DNA of 64,000 bases from the human T2T-CHM13v2.0 reference genome, Homo sapiens. Numbering within the stretch: position 1 is the stretch's first letter; every line of letters begins with the position of its first letter. A program made the position numbers and the translations under genes. Shown one piece after another: positions 1-26,180 of the stretch. The notes below the pieces were generated by a model, which was given only the letters and a program-made list of their open reading frames with translations, was not told the DNA's origin and ran no database searches. The DNA lies in the NCBI RefSeq assembly GCF_009914755.1, contig NC_060947.1, one strand, 5' to 3'.

Positions 1-818
1 AGGAATTTGACTACTCCAACATGAACTAATTCTGTTGTTATCAGCTGGAGATAATTTAGAGACAAAAGGGAAACTCACAGAATTCCTACTGCTCAAATAC
101 ACCCCAATATGGGGTGGAAAATCACAACAGCTAAACTTAGAATTTCCTTAAGACTATCCCTGGGAAAGCACAAAAAACATACAAATATTACCTCCCCTGA
201 CAGAAAAAAAGGCTACAGAAGATTAAAGAAACACAGTAAGAGAAGTTCAGATTGAGACCAAGAAGCTTCAAATCCCACACCTTAATAAAACCTATTATAA
301 AAGCTATTCTGAATTTTATGTATATACAAGTTCATTATAAATGTATATATACACATATATACACAGACACAAGATAATTTTATTTATATACAAGTTTAAA
401 AGCCAGCTTAATAATAAAAGAACAGCACGCCACTTGTAAAACCTCAAGCTTAACTACTGGTTTACAATTTGAAAGCCCATTTTCCAATTTAAATGGCAAA
501 CCACCATGAAAAATAGTTGGTCTGAATCTAACTTAAATTCTCCAATAAATGAAGGAGTGAAACAGAATAACCATGTAAAAGAGTTTTTTTTAATCTAGTC
601 GATATTTTTTAAACCATAAGTAAATGAAAACTAGCACCAAGTGAATGTTAGAGCCAAACAATTGCAATTTAAAATAATTTAATCCTCAATTTTTAAAATA
701 TATTTAATTTCTAAACATAACTACAAACAAAAAATGGCTTATACTATATTGAGAGAAAAATATTTTAGCCAATTTACTTTTTTAGAGTGGCATTTTTTAT
801 TAAGGACACCTTAATTTC

Positions 819-980
819 TTCTTTTTTTTTAATTATACTTTAAGTTCTAGGGTACATGTGCACAACGTGCAGGTTTGTTACATATGTATACAGGTGCTGT
901 GTTGGTGTGCTGCACCCATTAACTCATCATTTACATTAGGTATATCTCCTAATGTTATCCCTCCCCCCTCCCCCACCCAT
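819..980 (-). mobile_element. 5'-truncated L1PA (L1PA4/5-like) 3' end in THOC2 intron 3
   Basis: T-tract followed by ATTATACTTTAAGTTCTAGGGTACATGTGCAC; TSD ggacaccttaatttc (804-818) / ggataccttaatttc (981-995). Confidence 0.92.
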
Positions 981-1284
981 GGATACCTTAATTTCATTAC
1001 AGCACAGGCTTTTTTTTTTCTCCCTACCAGCTTACCTGATATTTCCTACTTTACCAACAACCAGATAAAAATATTAAACTATCTGTGTTCCTGTCTGGCA
1101 AAAATGGGTTACCAATGTCACCTTAAAACATCCATTACTCACTTCCATAGTTCTGAGGGGAAAAAAGTTAAAAAAATAAAATTTTAAAAATCCATCCACT
1201 TCTATAATTTTGAATAAAATACAAGTTATAAACTTCAGGGATCTTTGTGTCAAAGCAAAAAGATATATAACAACTATTAACTTA

Positions 1285-1455
<171 letters not shown>

Positions 1456-2295
1456 CTATATATTTCCTACGTCTCAGAATTATTATAAACATCAATAATG
1501 AAAAATATAATTCTAATGCTTTTCCTCTAGCAATTTTTTCTTTTATTTTCACAAAAACACAAAATTAAAAGGTTAGAAAAATGTTAACCATCTCTCCACT
1601 ACTATAACTACAGCTTGAACATTCCTTTCCAGTTTTTTCTGTATGTCTACAGATTTTACATATTTAAATTCACCATGCACATCATATAGCATTCTGATTC
1701 CCCCCAAAACAATTTTAAAGCATTTTTTCATGCTACTCAAGTCTCTATAATTATATTCAATGAACTCTAGCAAGTGGATTCAAACCAATCATTCTCCTCA
1801 CCAGTAGACTTCAGATATATACTCAATTCAATCTCAGCACTATAGTGACAACAGATAAAGAATAGCAGTACATATACTACCGAGTTTTAACCATACCCTA
1901 GTGTGAGAGAAATTTCTCCCCAAATCTAAATCTCTTTGTCCCATAAAAATCAAACAAAAAATACATGTATAAAATGGCAGTTCTATGATAACTGTCAACT
2001 ACAAGTAGCAACATTCACTATTAATTACCACAGTCCCCTTTCCTGAAAAAAGATATTTTGGTTTTGGAGTGGGTAGTTAGTGGTCAGGTGAACACCTCCT
2101 TCTGGTCATCTTTTTTTTAAGTCCCATATACTGAAAACTTTACCTCCTTCCAATCATGAAAAGTAGTGAAACAAGAAGCTTTAAAGATGCTAATGTAAAA
2201 TAAAGTCTATTTATAATCTCCTTTTGAGTGGAATCAAAATTTTTTCAGAACCAAACAGCAAGTTAAAAAATCAAATATTTTAAAAATCTTCTTAG

Positions 2296-4048
2296 CCAGG
2301 CGCAGTGGCTCACACCTAAAATCCCAACACTTTGTGGGGCCAAGACAGGAGGACGGCTTGAGCCTAGGAGTTCGAAACCAGCCTGGGCAACATAGGGAGA
2401 CCTCATCTCTACTAAAAAAAAAAAAAAAAATTAGCCAGATGTGGTGGCACACACCTGTTATGCCAGGTACTCAGGAGGCTGAGGCGGGAACTTAAGCCCA
2501 GGAGATCAAAGTTGCAATGAGTTGTGATAGCACCATTGTCTCAAAAAATAAAAATAAAAATAAAAATAAACTTCTCCCCTGCTATGACTCCTAGCCACAA
2601 AAAGGAACATAATAGAAATCAAAATGTACATAAATCCCCCCTTAATGAAAATACTATTTTGCAGTAAAATTAACTTGTTCATTAAATCATTTGCTATTGC
2701 TATTTGCTATTGCTAATAATTATTCCAATTATTTATGAAGAATTCTTTATTAAATATATTCTGCCTATTTTACAACTATATCTACGTTGTGCTTTTAAAT
2801 AACAATATAAAAACAAAGGAAAAAATTTCTGTATTTTGGTATCGCAGGTATAAGAGGTCAACTTTATGCTTTGTATTTCCATGAATAAAATGCTTTACAA
2901 CAAACAACAAATAATACTTATTTAAAATTTTCCAGACAATTAAGGTGGTTTTTTTGGCTTTTTTTTTTTAAAGCAATAACTTAGAAGAACAAAATAGCCA
3001 ATTATCAAAAACTAAGGTCCCATGAGAATATGTCCTCTGGTACTCATAGGGGACCAGGGAAGTCTAATCTTAACCACAGAAGGAGATTAAAATAGAGAAC
3101 AAGTGACCTGGGTCATTTTGCTGAAACTAAAGTGACATAAGAACAATCACATTGTAATCCACACAGCAGCAACGAATAGTCCCTAAATCACAAGTTTTCT
3201 TATTTTTTTTTTCTTTTGAAACAGAGTCTCGCCCTCCAGGCTGGGGTACAGTGGCGCAATCTTGGCTCACTGCAACCTCTGCCTCCTGGGTTCAAGCGCT
3301 TCTCCAGCCTCAGTCTCCCAGGTGACTGCAATTACAGGTGTCCGCCACCACGCCCAGCTAATTTTTATATTTTTGGTAGAGACAGGGTTTCACCATGTTG
3401 ACCCGGCTGGTCTTGAACTCCTGACCTCAAGTGATCCACCCGCTTTGGCCTCCCAAAGTGCTGGGATTATAGGCGTGAGCCACCAGGCCCAGCCTAATTC
3501 ACGAGTTTTCTAAATGCCTATTTAAAAATGGTTAGGAACTCCTATTGTGTTTTATCCATAGAACTGTAAGTGGTGGTTTAAAACTGTCAGGCTAGTTCCA
3601 CAGAAACCTATAAAATCTATATTGCAGGTGAAAAACTTTATATTTACAATGAGGAGGAAAACTTACAACCTTATAGTTATCTACAAAAAAATTCAATAAA
3701 ATATTTTATCTTAATGTTAACACTTCAGAAAGAGTAGTTTTAAGAATAGCCACTAGAGGCCGGGCGCGGTGGCTCAAGCCTGTAATCCCAGCACTTTGGG
3801 AGGCTGAGGCGGGCGGATCACAAGGTAAGGAGACCGAGACCATCCTGGCTAACATGGTGAAACCCCGTCTCTACTAAAAATACAAAAAATTAGCCGGGCG
3901 TGGTGGCGGGCGCCTGTAGTCCCGGCTACTCAGGAGGTTGAGGCAGGAGAATGGCATGAACCCAGGAGGCGGAGCTTGCAGTGAGCCAAGATGGCGCCAC
4001 TGCACTCCAGCCTGGGCGATAGAGCGGGAGACTCTGTCTCAAAAAAAA
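2296..4048. mobile_element. Three Alus in THOC2 intron 2: AluJ-like + (2296-2569), AluS - (3201-3495), AluY + (3758-4048)
   Basis: Alu consensus arms and A/T tails; AluY diagnostics (GAGACCATCCTGGCTAAC, GGAGCTTGCAG) in the third. Confidence 0.92.
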
Positions 4049-4152
4049 GGCCCCGAGAAGGTACTTCTAGAGATTCTTAGTTTTTGCGGGGTTTGAATGT
4101 TGAAGACACCAGTTCTTGGTTATGTCTAATATTGCTAGTACTACTCATGTTT

Positions 4153-4316
4153 GTTTTTTTAAACAATAATGTACTGTTTATTTTCAAATAGCTAGAAGGA
4201 ATTTTTAATTTTCCCAACACAAAGAAATGATAAATGTTTGAGGTGATACACTAACTACACTAATTTGATCATTACACATTATATACACGTATCAAAATAT
4301 CACACTGTACCCCAAT
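4153..4316 (+). mobile_element. L1MA-type 3'UTR fragment
   Basis: CAACACAAAGAAATGATAAATGTTTGAGGTGAT...TGATCATTACACATT...CACTGTACCCC; flanked by the direct repeat tactcatgttt. Confidence 0.75.
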
Positions 4317-5142
4317 TACTCATGTTTATTAGCCATCATTACAATGTTGTTTCATTGGCAGTGGCTGGGGTGGGGGGGAAGGTGATTTATAAAAGAAACA
4401 AGGAGAAGCAGTGTGTGCAAGGGAAACTGCCTGCCTGAAATGAAATTAATTCAAGGGAAGGGCAGAAAGAGAAAGGTCAGAGGGGACACTGCCCGAACTC
4501 AAACCCCTAAGACAGAAAAGAGATTCTGAAGAAATGACATTCAGTCAGTTTCCTGCTAGGACAACAAACTGGAGCCCCTCAAACCAACGCCTGCCTGTTG
4601 ACAGAGATCAGCCAAGGAGTATATGTGTTAAGGAAGCAGGCAAGGGTAAGAGAAGGAGAGCAATGGCAATTCAGCCAATAAGGCCACACTCATAACTATT
4701 TCTGGTTTCACATGTGAATCAGAACCATGCAAATAAACAATAATCTAATAGTTATTAAAGATCCAGAGTCACATGGTTACACTATTTACACTATCATTTA
4801 TTGAAAATTCTTCTATTTTATCCACCTAATGTTTCTATCAAACAAGATCAAAGTTAACTGAGATGTTAAAAACTGATTTTAAACCCGGGGAAGAAAAAAG
4901 ATAAAGTACCCAAGTATTTTTAGAAAGGAGTCTTTTTGTACATTCTTATACTTCTGACAGTCAACTAACTTAAACAAGAATACATTACTGTCTATCAACC
5001 TCAAAAATCTTTTGAGTGATCATGCAATTTTATAAGCAGGATAAACAAGAAAATAATTTGGGGGGTGGCAGGCTAGGAATGTTAACTCTTAAAACAGGTC
5101 TTACCCATATGACAGGGTGAAAAATGGCTTTTTCATTTGTTA

Positions 5143-6432
<1,290 letters not shown>

Positions 6433-7299
6433 GTATATCCTCTATTATGAAAGTCATGATTTTTGGTAGAACAAAAATAAATATATATATATGTAAAATT
6501 GTTCTTAATCTTCTTTTCACAAAAGCATAATTTAAATGACCATAATAAATTTTATCTAATGATTTTTGGCTTCAAATAGAATATCGGTTATAAAAATGTA
6601 TTTTCTAATTTAAAAAAATAATGTGGGTTTTACCCCCAACAATACTACTGTAAATGCTTTACACTTACTAGACACAATCACTTTTAGCTTTGCCCCTCCT
6701 TTGCCAAATCCACATGTCTAATTTTAAATTAACAAAATGTTAAATAGTAAAATCCTTTGAAACTAAAGTTACTGGAAAATTATAATACATACTGCTTAAT
6801 TACATATTTCATTTAATAAATCATATCTGTGATATGCAGTAAACAACTCCTTTGAATGTTTCCCATGACAACTGCCTTTAACAAGATCCCTAGACACCAC
6901 CTAAACATAACCAGCTTTAGTAAAAACACTGAACCTCAGTTTCTGGAAATTTTCTAGTGCAAATAAGATCAGAACAATTTTTCTTTCCATGTTATCTTTT
7001 CTGTCATATTTATGATTGATACAGCTAACAACTGCTGAAATTTAGCTAAATATACCAAGCCCCAATTACAAAAGTCAAGCAATATCATATCATTATAATG
7101 CAGGTCAAATAACATCAGTATACAGAGATATAGTCTTACTGTAACTGCAGTTTTAATCCTGACTATAATATAACCATGTAAAACCTTTATATAATGTGAA
7201 CTATCTTACACCTTTTGTTTTCATACCTAACAATGAATAGAAAGCAGACAGTTACTAATTTTAATCAAGAAATAACTAAGATACTTTTAAAAATCTTAC

Positions 7300-7358
7300 C
7301 TCTGTATGTTGAACTATCATGGCTTTTATTTTCACTGAGGATCCGACATAAATGCAAA
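7300..7358 (-). CDS. THOC2: THOC2 coding exon 2 (59 nt, (F)LHLCRILSENKSHDSSTYR(D))
   Basis: Acceptor ttttctattttattctag (ct at 7359-7360) and donor GTAAG (cttac 7295-7299). The phase continues exon 1 (TT|T = Phe), and the peptide matches THOC2. Confidence 0.97.
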
Positions 7359-7606
7359 CTAGAATAAAATAGAAAACATGTATTTCAATTTCCACCCTAA
7401 CATGAGATGATTCTTATAAAGCAAATTATATCAACTGGCAAGTAAAAAAAAATTTAATCAAGCATTTATTCTGCCTTTCATATACAAACTGTACCACTGG
7501 TAACTCATAGAAGATTAAAAATACCTCTGTAGTAATAAAGAAGGAATTATGAAATTAGAATATCACCATTTAAGACCCCTAATTAATAAAAGAATCTAGG
7601 CATCTA

Positions 7607-8320
<714 letters not shown>

Positions 8321-9468
8321 AGCATCACCTACCTATGAAGTTGTCTTTAGGGGGAAAAAAAGTGTGAATCAAAATCTGATCAAGCCATCTAGATCCAACT
8401 ACCAATTTACAGAAAAAGACAACAGAGGAATATATTAAGAGATACCATAGGGATACAATCACCAAAATCCAAACTGTGGGAAAATCTAACAGAGAGTGAC
8501 CCAATCTCTTAAACAAACAAATTGCAAGGAAAAATGTAATAAAATATAAAGGAAGAGTGCAAGAGAGGAAAAGAGGAACAGAAGAGCTACAACACAGAAA
8601 AACAATTAACAAAATGGCAATAGTAAGTCCTTTCCTGTCAGTAATTACCTTAAATGTAACATCTAACTCCATGTTCAAAAGACAAAGTATCTAAATTGAT
8701 CTTTTTTAAGATGAGCTATTTTTTTAAAAAGCTGTATGCTGTCTACAAGAAACGTGTTTTAAATTTAAGGACACAGATAGGCTGAAAGTGAAAGGATGGA
8801 TAAAGATACTCCATTCAAATGTTAGCCAAGAGAGAACAGGGGTGGCTATGCTTATATTAGACAAAATATACTTTGAAAATATAACAATTATAAATATATA
8901 CACATACCACATCAGAGGACAACAGCATATGAATATATGTGACACAGAGCTGAAGAAACAAATAGACACCAACACAGTAATAGTAGGGAATTTCATACAC
9001 TACTTTCCATAGAATACCCAGACAAAAGATCAGTAAGGAAACAGAAGACTTGAATAATACTACAGACCAAATGGATTTAATGGACATATCCATAACATGC
9101 CACCCAAGATAAGGAGACTACATTCTTCTCAAGCACACACAAACCTTTTTCCAGGCTCTAACATGTGATCTAACATTCTGATCACATTAGATCACAAACA
9201 AATAACAAATTTTAAAAGATAGAAATCATACCAAGTATCTTTTCCAAACACAATGGAATAAAACTAGATATCAATACCAGAAAGAAAACTGGAAAGTTCA
9301 CAATTATGTAGAAATTAAACACATTCTTGAACAACCAAAGAATCAAAGAATGAAATCAAAAAGGAAATTAGGAAATACCTTCAGACAAATGAAAATGAAA
9401 ACATAAATACCAAAATTCATGAGATATACCAAAAGCGGTTCAAAAGAGGAAATTTGTAGCAATAAAGG

Positions 9469-14925
<5,457 letters not shown>

Positions 14926-15566
14926 ATGCAATTGTTATGAAAAACAGTATAGAGATTCCTCAAAAAATGAAAAGTAGAGCTACCAAATGATCCAGCATTC
15001 CTACTTCTGAGTACTTATCCAAAAAAATTTAAGTCAGGATCGCACAGAGATAGCTGCACTCCCATGTTCACTGCAGCATTATTTACAATAGCCTAGAGGT
15101 AGAAACAACCTAAATGTCCACCAACAGAAGAGCAAATAAAGAAAACGTCATGTATATCTATGAAAGTAAACATTATTCAGCCATAAAAAAAAGAAGGAAA
15201 TCCTGTCATGTGCTACAATGTGGATGAACCTTAAGGACAGTGTGCTAAGGTAAGAAGACAGCCACAGGACAAATACTGTATGATTCTACTTATATAAAGT
15301 ATCTAATGTAGTCAAACTCAGAAGCAAAAAGTAGAATGGTGGTTGTCAGAGGCTGCAGGAAGGGGAAAATGGGGAGTTGGTGTATAATGGATATAAAGTT
15401 CAGCTCATAGAAGATGAAAAAGATCAGGAGAAGATCTGCTAACATTGTACTTATAGTTGACAATATTGTACTGCTCACTTAAAATTTGCTAAGAAGGTAG
15501 ATTTCATGTTAGGTGTTTTTTTTTACCACAGTAAAAAAGTTACTTAAAAATTGTTAATTTTGTTAA

Positions 15567-16262
<696 letters not shown>

Positions 16263-16264
16263 AT

Positions 16265-16545
16265 AACACATCCTTTCAATAGCCTATATGATGAAATTTA
16301 AAAGGTTGCATAAATAATTTCTGCCACACACCCAAATACAACCACAGTATTTGTCTACAGGTAAAGCACTTGTGCGATTGTTTGAATTGCAAGCTGAACT
16401 AGCTTGTTTTTATGAAACACCATTTTTTACTTGAAAGAAAAGCAAACTATGGTTTTTAAGACATGGGTCTTTCACAGGCATTTTCTCAAAACTGAACCAA
16501 GTGAGCCTGTCACTTCAAGGAAAACAACAGAGTATTTGCTGCCGA
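16265..16545. mobile_element. hAT-Charlie (Charlie1-like) transposase fragment
   Basis: Resembles Charlie1 internal sequence (GAATTGCAAGCTGAACTAGC...GTGAGCCTGTCACTTCAAGGAAAACAAC), recognised from memory. Confidence 0.55.
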
Positions 16546-16549
16546 TGAT

Positions 16550-17191
16550 ACGCTTTTACACTGTTGGTGGGGGAGTAAATTAGTTCAACCATTGTGGAAG
16601 ACAGTGTGGTGATTCCCCAAGGATCTAGAACCAGAAATACCATTTGACTCAGCAATCCCATTACTGGGTATATACCCAAAGGATTATAAATCATTCTACT
16701 ATAAAGACACATGCACACGTATGTTCACTGCAGCACTATTCACAAGAGTAAAAACTTGGTACCAACCCAAATGCCCATCAATGATAGACTGGATAAAGAA
16801 AATGTGGCACATATATACCATGGAATACTATGCAACCATAAAAAAGGATGAGTTCATGTCCTTTGCAGGGACATGGATGAAGCTGGAAACCATCATTCTC
16901 AGCAAACTAACACAGGAACAAAAAAACCAAACACCACATGTTCTCACTCATAAGTGAGAGCTGAACAATGAGAACACATGGACACAGGGACAGGAACATC
17001 ACACACTGGTGCCTGTTGGGGGTTGGGGAGCAAGGGGAGGGAGAGCATTAGGACACATACCTAATGCACGTGGGGCTTAAAACTTAGATGACAGGTTGAT
17101 AGGTGCAGCAAACCACCATGGCAAATGTATGCCTATGTAACAAACCTGCACATTCTGCACATGTATCCCAGAACTTAAAATTAAAAAAAAA
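16550..17191 (+). mobile_element. L1PA (L1PA7/8-like) 3' end
   Basis: ORF2 C-terminal peptide MFTAALFT..WYQPKCPSMIDWIKKMWHIYTMEYY, followed by 3'UTR and A tail. Confidence 0.9.
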
Positions 17192-17209
17192 TGACAGTTG
17201 TAACACATG

Positions 17210-18480
<1,271 letters not shown>

Positions 18481-18771
18481 TCTTCCATGTTGCACAAGGC
18501 TTTAAAGAGAGCCAATGAATTCATATAGAAGAGTTTCTTACTCTTTTATATCTAGTAATCCTTTTTCTAGTCAATGAAACAAATAATTTTAAGACTTACA
18601 GAACCTGCTTATATATCACATCTAAGGCTAAATAAGATGCCAGATTACAATCATCCACAGAGAGATTATCTACTTTGCAGATTATACATAACCTTGCAGC
18701 TCACCTCTGTGCCTTCTGATTATGTCAATACCCTATCATCAGGATGAGCAGGGTAAGGTTATTAAAAGTCA

Positions 18772-21671
<2,900 letters not shown>

Positions 21672-24589
21672 CTTAGTTAAAAATAAATTTTTTAATAAAA
21701 AAAAAACAGGTATTCCTTAGTTATAACAAGAAACTAAAAACAAACACTGAGATTTTTCCCCAACAAGTAGATGTATCTGTGCTCTTCTCCCTAAGTAATT
21801 CACTAATAGAAGTCCACCAAGGATTCTTAAAGAAACTGTTTCTGAACATTACATTTGTCTTACTATACACCTGCCTAATGGTTTTAGGTCACTAACCTAA
21901 ATTATAGGGAGAGGAAAAAACAAAACTACCTCTAATAGTTGCCCACTTTAATATCGCTTAAAAATAATCAAATTTTCTGTCTCAGTCCAAATTGAAATTA
22001 TTTTAATCCCTTAATAACTTTCAAATACTTGAGTTTACCATTTTTCCACTTTTTAATTTAATTTTTTAAAAATAAAAATAGAGATAGGTTCTCGCTATGT
22101 CGCCCAGAGCTCTCCTGGGCTCAGGCAATCCTTCCTCCTGCCTCAGTTGCCCAAGTAGCTGGGATTACAGGTGTGTGCCACAGTGCACACCACCTTACAT
22201 GCCACCACGCCAGGCATTCATTTTTTCTACTTTTAAAATAGTTTAGTGCTATTATGGAGATGCTGTCTCAGGTCCCTGAGAATGAGGACAGAATCTACTT
22301 TCTGTCAAAAGATGTATGGAAAACTGAATAAAATGTCTGAAGTTCCTTCAAGGACTTAAAAGGTATTTTGTGAATACTTCTTAACATGAGTATACGGCTT
22401 TTCATCTTACTTGTTCCCATTTTCCAGTAAAAAGGAAACAGAGTCACAAGCTTAAACTACTTGATTATGCTCACATCTCAAATGTGGCTTTCATATATAG
22501 AAGGCTGATGTTCATTTACGCTTCACTTAATTCTTTAAAACAAGACAACAAAAAGGTTAAATGTAGTTAAATAAAGTGCTACCTCTATTATCATTTGTAG
22601 AACAGAAACATAACCCACAAAAATGAATACTGGGACAACACAGTTTTATCTTGTAGAAACATGCATTTAAAAGAAAAGGAAACAGGAAATGTTAAAAAAA
22701 AAAAAGACAACAGGAGTTGCCGCACTTACAGTAGGAAAAAAGCACAAGTATATTGACAGCACTCACCCTACCTAAACGTTAGAGCATTACAGAATAATTT
22801 TTTTTAACAAACAAAGTAGTAGCCTATACAACCTCCTGACATTGCTTCAACATTTTGTGAAGAATGTTTCTCTTCCCAGGAAAACAGACTAAGACTTATA
22901 CTTAGCTTATGAATACAGGTCGAAATGGGAAATTAAATGCTAAATGAAAACTGAGACATCAAGAAAAGGTTTCAGATAAAGCTTTGGCTGAATTTGGAGC
23001 AACTTTGCGAGGAAAAAAGACTCAACCACCAAGACTAAAATTTCTTAGAATGATTATATCCCTTTACCTGGAATCCTCCAAGAAATTCAGATCAGATGGC
23101 ATGTTCTGAACAACCAAATATACTTAAATAAGTTCTAGAATGTCTAAAATCATGTAGTAGCAGAAGAAGAAAAAGAACAACAATCAAAACATTTGGCAAT
23201 TAAATTTTAAAACTTTATTGTAACTACCATTAATAAGGTAAGACCTAACAAAACTTTCTAATTGATACCTAAATAAGCTATTCAAACAAACAGATGATAT
23301 TCAACAAACGTAAGTATTTCAAAATTAGACTAAGTATTAACATGAGGCTAGCATCTTCAGATTAAGAGCTTCGAATATCAATTCTCCATTAAGGTTGCCT
23401 GTAACAAAGAAATGCTGAGTTCACTGTGTTAATGATTTCTACCAAAAACAGAATTCTACACTGGATCTACCAGTACATGCAAGTTTATTAGCTTCATCAT
23501 GGCAAGTTCTACGTCAATATAAAATAATCAAGAAACTAAAACTAATTCCAAAATTAAGTGATTAAATACATATCTTTCAGAATTTGGAAGAGTTTGCATT
23601 TAGATATAAGTATTATTGGAAATTACAATTACATTTTGGTAGTCCTCCTTTGCCCTTCTGATCCCTCTTTAAGATCACTTTAAAGGTCACTCTTTAAGAG
23701 TTCTATAATTTAGCATTAAAAACATAATTGGTATCTCTGGAAACATAATGGGATATCTAGATATGTGATGGATGGACCATTCAGATAGGCAAAATACAGT
23801 TTTACTTTTCTCTCTAATTACCTAATAAAACATTCTTCAAAGTCAAGACCTTCCATTTAATAGACAGTTGTTTTTCATGGCGTACAGTTAAGAATTTGCC
23901 CTATCTGAAAGTTATAAAATGCCCCATACATCTCTTATGTTGCTTTCAACACTAGCTGACTACCACCCCCAGAAAAGATTTATGCTGGTAAGAAGTGACA
24001 GACAAGAAATGAATTAACAACCTCATGAAATATATCACATTATTTTTAAAAAGATAATTTTCAGTCAAGTTAAAGCTTATCTGCTAATTTATCTTGTTAA
24101 AAAGGAAAAATTCACCCAAGGTATAATTTTAAATATTGGTCATATTCTAAACGCCAAATCTATAGCTTCACTAATAATGTGGTGGCACACTACCTTCATT
24201 TTTAACATTTCCAGTTGCTGTTTTATATTTCAGAAGCTGTTTTCAGACAAAGGAAAAAGGTTTTTTGTAATATATTTGCACCACCACGTATTCTGCCTAG
24301 TAATATGAAAATGCTAACACCTATCTTTAGGAAGACACAAAAACTCCAAAGACATGCTATATGCAACAAAGTTTCATAGAGGGAAAACAGGTCAAATAAA
24401 CTGAAACTAAGTACTGGATGGTGATGTGTTTAACTATTTAAAATAGCTTATTATGTTACACAATTTTAAATTCTCTTCCTGTAACAGAATGCAATCATAA
24501 AACTGACTATACTGATTTGGATCTACTATAATTCAATCCACATTCCACAAGTCATGCAATAACTACATACACGTAAGTTCTAATAACAG

Positions 24590-24928
<339 letters not shown>

Positions 24929-25151
24929 TCTAATAACAGTTTTTAAGCAGCTCTTCAAACATAAGAACTATGACAGATAGCATGTATTATGTAAATATAC
25001 ATAATGTGAACCTAAAATTCCATTTTATCTAAGTATTTCGATCTCCTACATCACTTTTTCTCAAACCATTACCAGTCAGAAGCCAAGCAGAATTTCACCT
25101 TATAGCCCTAATACCACTCATGCTAAGGTGGCAGCAATAATAGTAAAACTG

Positions 25152-25411
25152 TTGGGAGGCCGAGGTGGGCGGATCACCAGGTCAGGAGATGGAGACCATC
25201 CTGGATAACACGGTGAAACTCCGTGTCTAGTAAAAATACAAAAAATTAGCCGGGCGTGGTAGCACGCGCCTGTAGTCCCAGCTACTCAGGAGGCTGAGAC
25301 AGGAGAATCGCTTGAACGTGGGAGGCGGAGGTTACGGTGAGCCGAGATCGCGCCACTGCACTCCAGCCTGGGCGACAGAGCGAGACTCCGTCTCAAGGGG
25401 GAAAAAAAAAA
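25152..25411 (+). mobile_element. 5'-truncated Alu (Sc/Y-like)
   Basis: Starts at TTGGGAGGCCGAGG; TSD agtaaaactgt (25142/25411). Confidence 0.88.
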
Positions 25412-25949
25412 GTAAAACTGTCAAAAAACAGTAGCTGAAAGGAGGAAGCTGAGCAATCTACAAACATAACAGCCCCTAAATAAATGAGCTGGCTTTGAAA
25501 GTAAACAAAACAATGAACTGCTTTTATCAGTTTTGGGGGATTACCCTAATATCGATGAAGATGATGGTCTGGCTGGGTAACTTCCCATCTTGCCTTCCCC
25601 AAACTTGATGGCTATTTGTCAACTAGCTATCAAACTTGACAGCTATTTGTTAACTAGCACATACGAGGATTTGTAAAATGTTCATTATAGTTAAAAACGA
25701 AGATTTATCAAATAGCCTTCTCTGACAATTAATAAACCAATAAGCATTCTAAGCATAGGCTGGGGGGGCGGGGCATGTGTTAAACCAAAAGAAATATGAG
25801 ACATAGTCCCTATATTTCAAAGGCCTCCCAATTCATTACAGTGCAAGAATAAACACACATGAATAAGTCAGAGACCAATTAATTGCTAACCTGAGTGGTA
25901 CAGACTTTAAGTGCATGAGCTGTCCTGAGAAGTTTAAATATCTAAAGGT

Positions 25950-26180
25950 TGGAATAATATTACTTTTAATAGCTATCACTTGAGCACTTACTATAAGCCA
26001 AGTGCTTTACAGGCATTATTTAGTCTTCACAACAATCCTTTGAGTAGAGTACTTATTATTCCCAATTTACTCAAGGGGAAACAGTCCAAGTGGTTAAGGA
26101 ACTTACCCAAGGTCACTCAGCTACTTAAGTGGCTAAGACAGCCGCTTATTTAGGGAATTCTAGAGCTCACACTGTTAAGA
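25950..26180 (-). mobile_element. MIR SINE
   Basis: Reverse complement of the MIR core (TTGAGCACTTACTAT..., AACTTACCCAAGGTCACTCAGCTA). Confidence 0.75.
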
